NCBI GenBank assembly: GCA_951406725.2
Contig: OX597817.1
Span: 78,430,001 to 78,494,000, forward strand
Length of the DNA stretch: 64,000 bases
Reading direction: 5' to 3'
Origin: Octopus vulgaris
Lineage: Eukaryota
Shown here: positions 52,401 through 64,000 of the stretch, one piece after another
Position numbering within the stretch: position 1 is the stretch's first letter
Layout: each line of letters opens with the position of its first letter
Notes under the pieces: generated by a model
Told to the model about the DNA's origin: nothing
What the model saw: only the letters and a program-made list of their open reading frames with translations
Databases searched by the model: none
Translations under genes and position numbers: made by a program

Positions 52401-53181
52401 GGTGCGTGATATATTTTTGTAATGTAGTAAAGTCTCACATATATCATGTATTGAGGTGAAAAAATTGCTTCAGTGGTATTATTCATGCAATAAGTAGGCA
52501 AAAAGTCTCACTAGGAATGTTTGAAATTTAAAAACACAAAGCAAGGGTGATAAATCTGTTGTTAATGTCAACACAAAATCTTTTTGGGAAAATAAAAGGG
52601 TTTGCTTCAGTCTTATTTGATCTCTTCAGCATAACATATTCAGCTCACTGGGCAAGGACGTAGAAGTAGTCAGTAAATTTAGAGATGATGAGAATGCAAT
52701 GACATTGATTATGAACAGCAACAAAAGAGCTTAGAGTGCTGCTGCTGCTGTTATGTCAACAGACATCCTGAACTACATCCAGAGCAGGTCTACTTGACTG
52801 ATTTGAATTCAGTCATTCATGGACATACTCCAATCTCTGACCCACAATCATGTTGTTCCTTTTCTCTCAACCCATTCCTGTTGCAACCTCTTATCATTCT
52901 TGGTGTTCTTAACTTCTTTAGCCCTACAGCAATCATACTCCATCCTTTCCCTCTAATCTTTTCCTGGCTCATCTCTTTCCTCCAGGCATTGATCTGCAAC
53001 AGTATAAACTGATTATTAGTGGTATAAATATTACAGATCATGGAAAGCAGTGAGCTCACAGACTCATTACAATGCTGGGTGAAATGCTTTGTGACATTTT
53101 GTCAATCTTTATTTTTCTGTTCAAATTCTGTTGAGCTTGACTTTGCTTTTCATCGTTTAGGGGTTGATAAAATAAGTGCTG

Positions 53182-53712
53182 TGGAGGCACGTTCCTTAGT
53201 GGTTAGGGTGTTGAACTCATGATCGTATGGTTGTGGTTTCAATTCCTGGACCGGGTGACGTATTGTGTTCTTGAGCATAACACTTCATTTTTGACGTTGC
53301 TCCAGTCCACTCAGCTGGCAAAAATGAGTAATCCTGTGATGGACTGGCGTCCCGTCCAGCTGAGGAATTTCTATGCCACTGAAACCAGGAAACTGGCTCT
53401 TATGAGCCTGGCATGGCTTGAGAAGGAACATTTAGGAGGCACATGGCCTAGTGGTTAGAGCAACGGACTTGCAGTCGAGGGACCGGCGATGTGTGTGTTT
53501 ATGAGAAAACACCTAAGCTCGACGTGGCTCCAGCAGAAGGTAATGGCAAACTTCTGCTGACTCTTTAGCCACAACTTTTTCTCACTCTTTCCTCCTGCAT
53601 CTTGCAGCTCACCTGCGACGGGCCAGAGTCCTGTCCAGGTGGGGAACCGATATGCCAAGGAAACTGGGCAACCAGCCCTATGAGCCAGGCGTGGCTCAAG
53701 AAGGAACAAACA
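53182..53712 (+). mobile_element. Two tandem family C-type SINEs inserted in a family B SINE
   Basis: Heads at 53182 and 53435; duplicated AAAATAAGTG flanks the pair. Confidence 0.82.
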
Positions 53713-54536
53713 AAATAAGTGTTAGTTAAACACTGTGGTCAATATGATTGACTTAGCTACCCCAAAATTTCTGGCACAAGATCAGCAATTTTGGGAGTGG
53801 GGTTAAGTCAATTACATCAACTGGTACTTGTTTTATTGACCACCTAAAGGATAAAAACCAAAGTCAACCAAGGTAGAACTTGAACTCAGAATGTAAAGAT
53901 AGACAAAATGTCAGGAAGTATTTTGCTCAACATACTAACAATTCTGCCAACTTGGTGCCTTAAAGTTTCATATAATATTGGTTTCACATGTTATTAATAT
54001 AATATAGAATAGGCACCAGTCAAGTGAATCTGCCTGGTATTGGTTTGTAATTTATTAATCTTGAAGGAATAAATGATGAAATTGATTTGGCAATATTTGA
54101 ATATAGAAATTTTTAAGTATTAAATGTTGTACATTGAACATCACACTAAATTCAATATCTGTAATCATGTATATAGACTTGGTGGGAACAAACTTTTACA
54201 GTTTTACAGGATAAAGTTAGACAAAGGGCATTAGATCAAACTTAAGATCAATTGTTTAGGTGCAAAATATTTAATGGAATTCTCTATCACAGAAGATGCT
54301 GTAAAAGACTTGCCTTAACCCTTTAGGTTCCAACCTGCCTGAGACCATCTCTGGCTCTATGATACTGACTTCTATCTTTAAAGTTAATTCAATTAAGAAT
54401 ATCTATTCAAATTTCGTGTTGCTTTGCTTGAAGCATCGTCTTAATAATTATAAAGTTATTTTACAAAATTATTCCTTATTTTCAAAATTAATTGAAAAAA
54501 TACAATGTGTTTTAACTGAAACATGGTAACAAAAGT

Positions 54537-54842
54537 GGAGGCACATGGTCTAGTGATTAGAGCAGTGGACTCGTGGTCAAAGGATCACGGGTTCAAATCT
54601 CAGACCGGGTGATGTGTGTGTTTATGAGCGAAACACCTAAGCTCCACGTGGATCCAGCAGAAGCTAATGGCAAACTTCTGCTGTCTCTTTTACCACAACT
54701 TTCTCTCACTCTTTCTTCCTGCATCTTGCAGCTCACCTGCGATGGACTGGTGTTCTGTCCAGGTGGGGAACCTACATGCCAAGGAAACCGGGAAACCGGC
54801 CCTATGAGCCAGGCATGGCTTAAGAAGGAACAAACAACAACA
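54537..54842 (+). mobile_element. Family C-type SINE (53435 subfamily) with 13-bp TSD, inside a piggyBac-like MITE
   Basis: TSD ATGGTAACAAAAG at 54523-54535 and 54843-54855; GGTTCAAATC B box; (AAC)n tail. Confidence 0.88.
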
Positions 54843-55522
54843 ATGGTAACAAAAGGAGAAACAAAATGGTTAAAGTGGTCTAAAGTAAAAAATTCTATCA
54901 AAATTTCATGATCATCTATGCTCAAAACAACCATTTGTTAAGGTGTGGGGGAATGAAGAGGATGATGTAGACGAGGGACCAGAAGTGAGGGGAAAGTGAT
55001 ATCACATCAAGAAGTGGCATGTTCAAACAGTCTTCTTCGTCACTGTATGTTGAGTGGGACAGATGTGTTTTTGGAAACGATTTTAAGGGGGATAGTTCTT
55101 TCTGGCCAGAAATTTGGGTAGAGTGCACATGACAATTTGACTATTAAGTTTTACCAGTTCCTGTGACCCAACAGTCGGATATACTGTTGCCAATTGCATC
55201 TTGAAGAAAGAGTGTCTTGAAGAAAGAGCAACCTCATTTGTGTCTTACAATCACATAAGAATAACATTATTTAACTAAATTCTTTATTATTTTTACCTTA
55301 ACTGAAAAATGACTCTGAATCTAAAAGAAGTATAGTAATAAAATGGTTAATGCAGTATATCTTTATTCGATTATTTAAAATAAATTTAATCAACATAAAA
55401 TAATGTAATAAAGTATATTGGTGATTTCTGTAATCTTTTAAAAAAACATTTTTCAGGTTAGCATCATTGTGTGTTCTGAGATAGGATACTATGAAGAATT
55501 TATGTCTAAACAAAAATAAAAA

Positions 55523-55567
<45 letters not shown>

Positions 55568-55570
55568 CAT

Positions 55571-55647
<77 letters not shown>

Positions 55648-55663
55648 TACATATAGATATATA

Positions 55664-55791
<128 letters not shown>

Positions 55792-56025
55792 ATATATACC
55801 AATCCGTCAAAACTGTATAATAGCGTAACTGCTAATCATTTAATCTTACTTTATCTTTTATACTTTAAATCTGAAATTCCTATACTGTTATATAAAATAC
55901 CTTATATTAATCTGTTTTAATACTCCACGAACTGTACAGTTCCATTTGATTTTAAAAACTAATCTGAATAACCTTATTGTGAAATTGCATACATTATAAA
56001 ACACATTCATTACAATGGTGATATG

Positions 56026-56260
56026 CAGGTTTGGTCAAAAGTTACCTGACAGTAAATCATAAGCATTTAATTCCAAGATTAAAACAAAAAATTGTTTTAT
56101 ATGAGACTTCGCTAATAAATAGACAAATGTTGAAAAAAGATGGTGATTTTAACTCAGTGTTCAATTATTAAACATTCATAATTGGAATAAATAGATAAAA
56201 TTGAATGTTAAGTATTCATGGAATTTTGATTTACTGTCGGGTGACTTTTGTCCAACCCTG
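56026..56260. mobile_element. Tc1/mariner-type MITE
   Basis: TIRs CAGGTTTGGTCAAAAGTTACCTGACAGTAAATC / GATTTACTGTCGGGTGACTTTTGTCCAACCCTG; TA on the right flank. Confidence 0.82.
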
Positions 56261-56440
56261 TATTTAGCAACCACACTAGTGCTGCCACCTTGATAAATGC
56301 AATCAGCACCTTTCATAAAGTGGTTGGTGTTAGAAAGGGCACCTGGTCATAGAAATCTTACCATTGCAGATATTGGAGTGCAAAACAACCTTCAGGCTTG
56401 TTGGATGCTCTCAAACTATTTTGTCTATGGAATAAAAATA

Positions 56441-56657
56441 TTGGTTTCAAATTTTAGCATGGAGCCAGCAATTCCAGGTGTGGGAGTAAGTCAATTAGAT
56501 TAACTCCAGTGTTTAACTTGTACTTAGTTTATTGACCCTGAGAGGTTGGAGGGCAAAGTCAACTTCAGCAGAATTTTAATTCTGGACATAAAGACAGACA
56601 AAATGTCGCTAAGCATTTTCCCCAGTAAGCTAGCTGTTTTGGCAGCTTGCTGCCCTT
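56441..56657 (-). mobile_element. Family B SINE; other minus copies ~19420-19820 (MITE-split), 42000-42391, 53765-53962
   Basis: Matches family B in reverse complement. Confidence 0.8.
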
Positions 56658-56924
56658 AGAATACAAATATCTACTATAATAATACTCTTGTGTTTTTCTC
56701 CCTCGCAATATATGAATGAGAAAGGAAGGGGAGTTAGATGAATAACGTGAAAAAAATGATCAAACTGCGTTTCAAATCTGTGTGAGTATATGTGTGTATG
56801 TGTGTGCATGTACAAGGGAAGTATGTGAACCTTTATATGTGTGAACTAGCGTTCTTTCAGTAACAAACGATGATCGATGTCACATCTCAAAAGACAACCA
56901 CTAGATAACATTGAGAATTCTTTT

Positions 56925-57129
56925 TATTCTTTTCTTTTAATTGTTTCAGTCATTTGACTGCGGCCATACTGGAGCACCAACTTCAGTCGAGCAAATCGAC
57001 CCAGGACTTCTTTTTGAGCCTAGTACTTATTCTATTTGTCTCTTTTGCTGAACCGCTAAGTTACGGAGACAAAAACACAAGAGCATCTGTTGGCAAACGA
57101 TGTTGGAGGGGACAAACACAGACACACAA

Positions 57130-57162
<33 letters not shown>

Positions 57163-57322
57163 TACAAATATATAATACGATGAGCTTCTTTCAGTTTCCT
57201 TCTACCAAATCCATTCACCAGGCTGTAGTAGAAGACACTTGCCCAAGGTGCAGTGCAGTGGAACCGAAACCGGAACCATGTGGTTAGTAAGCTAGCTACT
57301 TACCACACAGCTTCTCTGAGCC
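56925..57322 (-). mobile_element. Family A SINE
   Basis: Reverse-complement match with a small internal deletion. Confidence 0.88.
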
Positions 57323-57536
57323 AAGTGTATTAATTTGAATTACGATCCATATTCTATCTTTTGTCTTTATTTATGCATAAAATACTACAATTAGCCATCA
57401 TTTTTGATGGTACGGGGCCAGCTAGTTAGATGATGATAATGATGACACACCACAATAAGTGTCACTGGGGAGGTTGCTATGAATTTGATTACCCAGCTAG
57501 AAATATTAAACAAATCTTTTTCAAATAAAATCATAA

Positions 57537-57709
57537 GGCATAGGAGTAGCTGTGTGGTAAGTAGCTTGCTTACAAGCCACATGGTTCCGGGTTCAGTCCC
57601 ACTGCATGACACCTTGGGCAAGTGTCTTCTACTATAAAGCCTTGGGCTGACCAATGCCTTGTGAGTGGATTTGGTAGACAGAAACTGAAAGAAGCCTGTC
57701 GTATATATG

Positions 57710-57774
<65 letters not shown>

Positions 57775-57990
57775 ATGTGTGTGTATATTTGTGTGTCTGT
57801 GTTTGTCCCCCCAACATCTCTTGACAACCAATGCTGGTGTGTTTATGTTCCCGTAACCTAGCAGTTCGGAAAAAGAGACTGATAGAATAAGTACTAGGCT
57901 TACAGAGAATAAGTCCTGGGGTTGATTTGCTCGACTAAAGGTGGTGCTCCAGCATGGCCACAGTCAAATGACTGAGACACGTAAAAGAGA
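57537..57990 (+). mobile_element. Family A SINE, full length; partial copies also ~20515-20695, 50060-50205, 63015-63345
   Basis: Matches other family A copies. Confidence 0.9.
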
Positions 57991-58595
57991 AAATAGAAAG
58001 AGATAATGTCATAAAGACTGAGGAAACATTGAACATTGGGACTAGCTATACAAAAAAAAAGTGTTAGTCATAGGTTATAGTTGAACAAATTTCTACCAAG
58101 AACAAATTTGTGAGGAGGAGGTTCAATACTTTCATTTCCAAATTTCAGTTCAAATAAAATGCTTCTACTTCAATTACTTTTTAAAATATTTGAAAACGTA
58201 ATATACAACCTTTCATTATTCATCTTGTGCTCGGAACAATAGGAAGGTTTAATATAGAATATTCTAAACATGGGTATATTGTGCTGGTTGCCATGAATAA
58301 TGCTAAAGGACCCCAAAGGTATCCTAACAATTTTCAGTATTTGGAATTATTTAACATATTATATGTTGTAGCTAACAAATTTCAGTAAAATAATTTTGCG
58401 GCTGGCACTTTAGTTTTCTTTCACAGTTTACAAAAATCAATGGTAAATCATTGATAATCAGTCAAAAACAAAAAGAACAAATAATGATTGTACTTAAATT
58501 ATCACATTTTCTCAGTCATGTTTAAATAGGATATGCATAATATATGTATATACATTCATTAACACTTACACACTTACATGTATATATGCATATTC

Positions 58596-58640
<45 letters not shown>

Positions 58641-58697
58641 TATATATAAATTCATATATTCATATATGTAGATGTATATCTATCTATCTATCTATCA

Positions 58698-58887
<190 letters not shown>

Positions 58888-58953
58888 CATATACATTCAT
58901 GCACACACATACGCACAGACACACATATATATTATATGTTGTATATATATATA

Positions 58954-58984
<31 letters not shown>

Positions 58985-59119
58985 GTTGATAGATGAATAG
59001 ATAAATAGATAGATAGATAGATAGATAAATGGAGAGACAGATAGATAGATCGTTGAAAACTGCTTATTCACACTGTCACTACACATACATACATGCACAA
59101 AAGGGACAGGAATCCAGGA

Positions 59120-59926
59120 AAAGCAGCAAAATGTGATAACTGATGCAAACTTTGTAGAGCTATCACACAATATCACACCATAAGCAGTTGTCTGAAAATG
59201 CCATCACAGTATTAGCTACCAATGAAACAAGATGTTTTAGCTAGGATGCTCTATAATGAAATCTGTCAGAAGGATAACCCTGAGGACAAAGAAATAAGAA
59301 CCCACAGTATGATAGAACTCATAGCCACTCATAATAAAAGGGTGTTCTGGTGGAATGTCCCAGTGAAAACCTCAATAAAATGTAAGCACAACAGACCTGA
59401 TATAATGATTTGGGATAGAGAAGAGAAACTGTGTACAGTTGTGGAAATTAGATGCCCAGCAGATGTTAACGTAAAGCTAAAGATCAGTGAAAGAAGTACT
59501 TGTGTTGAACTATTGAGAAAACTACAGTTTCTCCACCCAGATTACAAGCTCAGGTTTATACCTGTAATTAATGGAGCACTGCGATATGTAATACATTGTC
59601 TAAATACTGAGCTTGAGAAATTAGGCTTCTTAAAACCAGAAAGGAGAAAGCTGATTCAAGGACTACAAATCCATGCCATCACTGGAACTGTAAAAGTCTT
59701 TAAAATTTTCAGACGTTTATCATTTAGGTATATATGAGCATGTCTAGACATGCAAGTATGTGCATGAAAATATATACATAAAGCAAAACACAAATCTGTA
59801 TTTATACATACATACATGCAAAAATACCCTATTGATGTTGAAATTCCAATGAAGGAGGCTTAGATCTAGGTTAGAAACTGGTTCTTTTTCTATTGGCAAG
59901 GAAATCTTGAAATAATACTGAATAAT
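59120..59926 (+). mobile_element. RLE-type LINE 3' fragment (endonuclease ORF 59222-59737)
   Basis: HTISSC..Y*LPMKQD; WWNVPVKT..HNRPDIMIWD..VVEIRCPAD..FIPVINGAL. Confidence 0.85.
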
Positions 59927-62900
59927 GACATACAAACATACATACATACATACATACATACATACATACATACATACATACATACATACATACATACATA
60001 CATACACACACACATGTACATACACACACAACTATATATACATATATGTACATGTGTGTAAGTATATGTGTATAACATAAGTGTGTGTAAACACATACAG
60101 AGAAGAAATACTTTTACATAAACATATGAATGCATGTATATACGTAAAAACCGAGTCACATATTTTCCAAGATTGTACAGTTGTACACTATAAACTGAGA
60201 AACCTATTTCAGTATGACCAATGTAATGGAAGTGATTTAGTCCCTGCAAAAACCTCATTGCCAGAGATTTTTACCAACTTTTCCCTGTATCTATGTCGAG
60301 TGGAAGAAATCGCTTCAGCTTATTCCACTTGTTCTGTTTCATAACCACCAACACCTCCACCACCGTCCCTATCACCTAAAAAGACCAGCACCACCAGCAC
60401 TACCACCGCCAATGTCATCATCATTATTAGCATTATTATCGTTATAACCCCTTAGCCTGTCTGTTATTTTTGAATTTGTGTACACTTTTGATGGAGCACG
60501 CCAAAATAGAAAAGGACAGACCGAAAAGAAAAGCATAAATAAATAAATAAAAGTAAAGAAATAGAAACAGAAAAGAAAAGAAAAAAAACGAAAAGAAAAT
60601 TCAACAACGAATGAAAGAAAGAAATATATGAATAGCAAAAATAAAAAGAAAAAGAAATAGATTTTCACTTTTAGGCTGATTTTTGAGACAAATTACTCAA
60701 ATTCTTCTTCACACTAAGAAAAATATTTTCTGGTCAATTAAATTTAATTTTTGTCGGTGTCCGAAATTCTGATATTTAGAAGCAACCTTTGAGCTCTAGT
60801 CTTCCTTCAACTGATCTAATAATCTCTCCTCTCTCTCTTCATTCCCCCCTCTCTCACTCATTGACTCACTACTATTTTTTTATTTTCTTAGTTGACATTT
60901 TATTTATTTTTCTTTTGTATGTTTATGTTCTATTAATTTTTTTCTTCTCTTTCTTCTCTCTCTCTCTCTTTCACTCTCTCTCTTTCTATATATATATATA
61001 TATATATATTTCTTTCTCTTTAATTCACTTTGTCTGTGTCTTCATATATCTCTCTATTTATTTATCATGCCGATTGAGTTTGTAATATAATACACACATA
61101 GATATGTACATCTATACATACAAATATATGTACACGACATATGCATTTATATATATATATATATATGTTTGTGTATATAATATATATAAAATATAAATGT
61201 ATATGCATGTATATATACATATTTATGTATATGTATGCTATGTATATACATATATATATACATGTTATTATATTATATATGGTATATATATTTATACATT
61301 ATGTTTTATATGTGTGTATATGTATATATGAATAAGTGTGTGGATGAGTGGGGTGAGAGGGAACGAGAGGTGGAATAGTTATAATGTTTAGTTTATGTTA
61401 ATGCTCACTGACTTCTGACCTCTGGACAAAACAAAAAGTAGTGGGTAAATCATGGCTTCTAAATACCATGACTTACCTGAATGGATTTCAATATAAAGAT
61501 ATTTGCTTGTTTTTACTCTTTTCTTCATTTTATCTTCTTTTTTTCTGTTTTTGTTTTGCTTTGTTTTCACACCCTTGCACCCTTCTCTTCATGATGCTAT
61601 TAATTCTCAATTGCAATGGAAGACTGCAGATAATGTTTCCAGCCTTTATGGTCAAATGGTCAGAAGATTAAATTCAGGAATTATGATGTCTTTCGGCCAA
61701 AGTGCTGAAACCTTTCCGGTTAAACTTTCCTATTGCTTACCTTTCTGCCACAATGCCCAGGATGGACACTTAACCATTTGAGATATTATTATCCTCTACA
61801 CTCTTCCACTTTTACCATTATCATTACATTTACTAGTTGTTGAAGTATTTCTGTACTCAACCCACACAGCTGCTGCTTAAAGGCTTTAAAAAAAGGCTGT
61901 TGTCCCTTACAAATACATAAAGTTATTCTTGAGGTATTTTCAAGGGAGTCCATATGCAGAGTTACTCAAACTGATAACAAAAACTGTGAAATTTTTATCA
62001 ATTCATTCCATTCTATTTTAAATCCCATATTTATTTATACATAATCTGCCATTACTTTCCAAGAAAAATTATTATCATGTGGTTTTCCTAATGCTTGTGT
62101 ACTTTTACAGCCAACGACAGTGAAGATCAAAAGTCAGTTCCTAATTTAAACTGTGGTGACATTTTCAATATATTTCTACAACAATTATAATAAATCTGAT
62201 TAAATACTTATTACTAAATATAGATAGGTGCATCTTATATATGAGAAATTTTATTGTGGTTTCATTGTCCATGATTAAGAATGTACATTATACATAAGAG
62301 AACCTTATAAAAAAGAGCAAATTATACAATTAAAACTTAATGATAGATTTGATAGTTGTTAGTATTGTGTAAAAGCTACAATTCATGGATGTATTATATA
62401 TGTAGTTGTGGATAACTTTCATCTCCTTGATATGCTTTAATTTATCTCACCAAGTAGTGTAAACACTTTAAAAATGGAATGAAAAACTTTAACTAATAAA
62501 CAAAATATCAACTGGTTCTTAAACTAGTTGGTTGTGTGACTTTAGATTTATTTCTTCAAGTAATAAATTGAATTGCTTTAGAGAAACTTAAAGCCAGTGT
62601 TCTCTCTTTATGTCCCATAACACATAGACTGCATAGATTCAAATTGCTCTTCACCAGGATATCAGTCCATTGCAGGGTTAACATCAAGGTATTGCTGGTA
62701 TTCACTTTCAGCTGAGTGGATGTAAGTTGCACAAAATGAAGCACCTTGATCAAAAGGAAATACATCTGATCTGAATTAAACCTGCAACTAATGATCATGA
62801 GTCTAACAATTATAGAAGTATGCTGTGTGCTTACATTATGTATAAACATGCACACATACATGCATACTATACACACACACACCTAATACCTACCTACCTA

Positions 62901-63076
62901 CCTACATATATACATACATACATACATATGCACATACATATGTTCATACATATGTATGATATATATGTACATACATAGACACATAGAACAGTCTGGATAA
63001 GCTTGGATTTTCAGTAAGGCCTTCTGAGAGGATTTGGCAGACAGAAACTGAAAGAAGCCTGTTGTTCATATATATG

Positions 63077-63135
<59 letters not shown>

Positions 63136-63355
63136 TCATATATATTTATGTGTGTGCATATGTGTTTGTGTCTGTCTTTGTCCCCCCACCATCGCTTGAC
63201 AACCAATGTTGGTGTGTTTCTGAGCTGGTTCAGCAGAAGAGACCGATAGAATAAGTACTAGGTTTACAAAGAATGAGTCCTGGGGTCGATTTGCTCGACT
63301 AAAGGTGGAACTCCAGCATGGCTGCAGTCAAAATTATAAAAGAATACATACATAT

Positions 63356-63425
<70 letters not shown>

Positions 63426-63442
63426 GTATGTATATATATATA

Positions 63443-64000
63443 TAACGGGAAGCTTTATGAAAATAGACAAAAGACGAAGGCAGGTGGAAAACAAACAAAC
63501 AATTGTATTAGTATGGCACTCAGGAAATACAAATAAAACAAGTCTTTAACGTTTCGAGCCTACGCTCTTCAACAGAAAGATACACAGAGAGAAAAAAACA
63601 CAGAAAGAAGGAGAGAAAAAAAATGCGTGCAGTAACTAACGAACTAACATGGCGATCTGATTTCGGCCAGGAGTCAAAGATCAAACATGAGACGCGAGAG
63701 CGAAATTAGGGGAGATAATATGGTTGAGTGACCAGCTCCAACATAAGGGTGTGTGTGTGTATGAGAGAGTATTAGTGCGTATGAGAGGTCTGGACGTGTG
63801 TATGTATAGGGTTGGTGTATGTATTAGTATGTATTAGTATGTATTAGTATGTATTAGTACGTATTAGTATGTATAAGGGTGTGTGTGTGCGTGTGTGTAT
63901 GAGAGGTCTGGACGTGTGTATGTATAGGGTTGGTGTATGTATTAGTATGTATTAGTATGTATTAGTATGGAACATCATATATGATGTGATGTGTAAAGTC
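63443..64000 (-). mobile_element. PLE-terminus-like element running off the window
   Basis: Abuts (TA)n; hammerhead-like motif 63543-63580; CpGs retained; internal 10-bp and 118-bp repeats. Confidence 0.65.
63543..63580 (-). ncRNA. Minimal hammerhead-like motif with variant core
   Basis: TCTTT CTGTTGA A GAGC-GTAG-GCTC GAAACGT T AAAGA. Confidence 0.65.

Overview
AT-rich, microsatellite-saturated animal non-coding DNA. The SINE families and (TA)n/(AAT)n load resemble an octopus or other coleoid genome; this is inference, not a search result. I can identify no host protein-coding gene, and most listed ORFs are translations of simple repeats. Supportable features are almost all mobile elements: a young 5'-truncated Penelope-like element (RT + GIY-YIG) with a perfect 177-bp inverted pseudo-LTR; several Penelope-type solo termini with minimal hammerhead-like motifs; a 3-kb Gypsy element lacking RT/RNaseH; six RLE (R4/Dong-like) LINE 3' fragments; RTE fragments; Tc1/mariner, hAT, piggyBac-like and Helentron-type non-autonomous elements; and dozens of tRNA-derived SINEs. 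The best novelty candidates are hammerhead-like motifs with non-canonical cores, a fixed-length ~555-bp non-coding element found only in (AAT)n, orientation-locked element stacking in (AAT)n, and a structured 66-bp repeat. None is demonstrably a new system from sequence alone. Boundaries of decayed copies are approximate.
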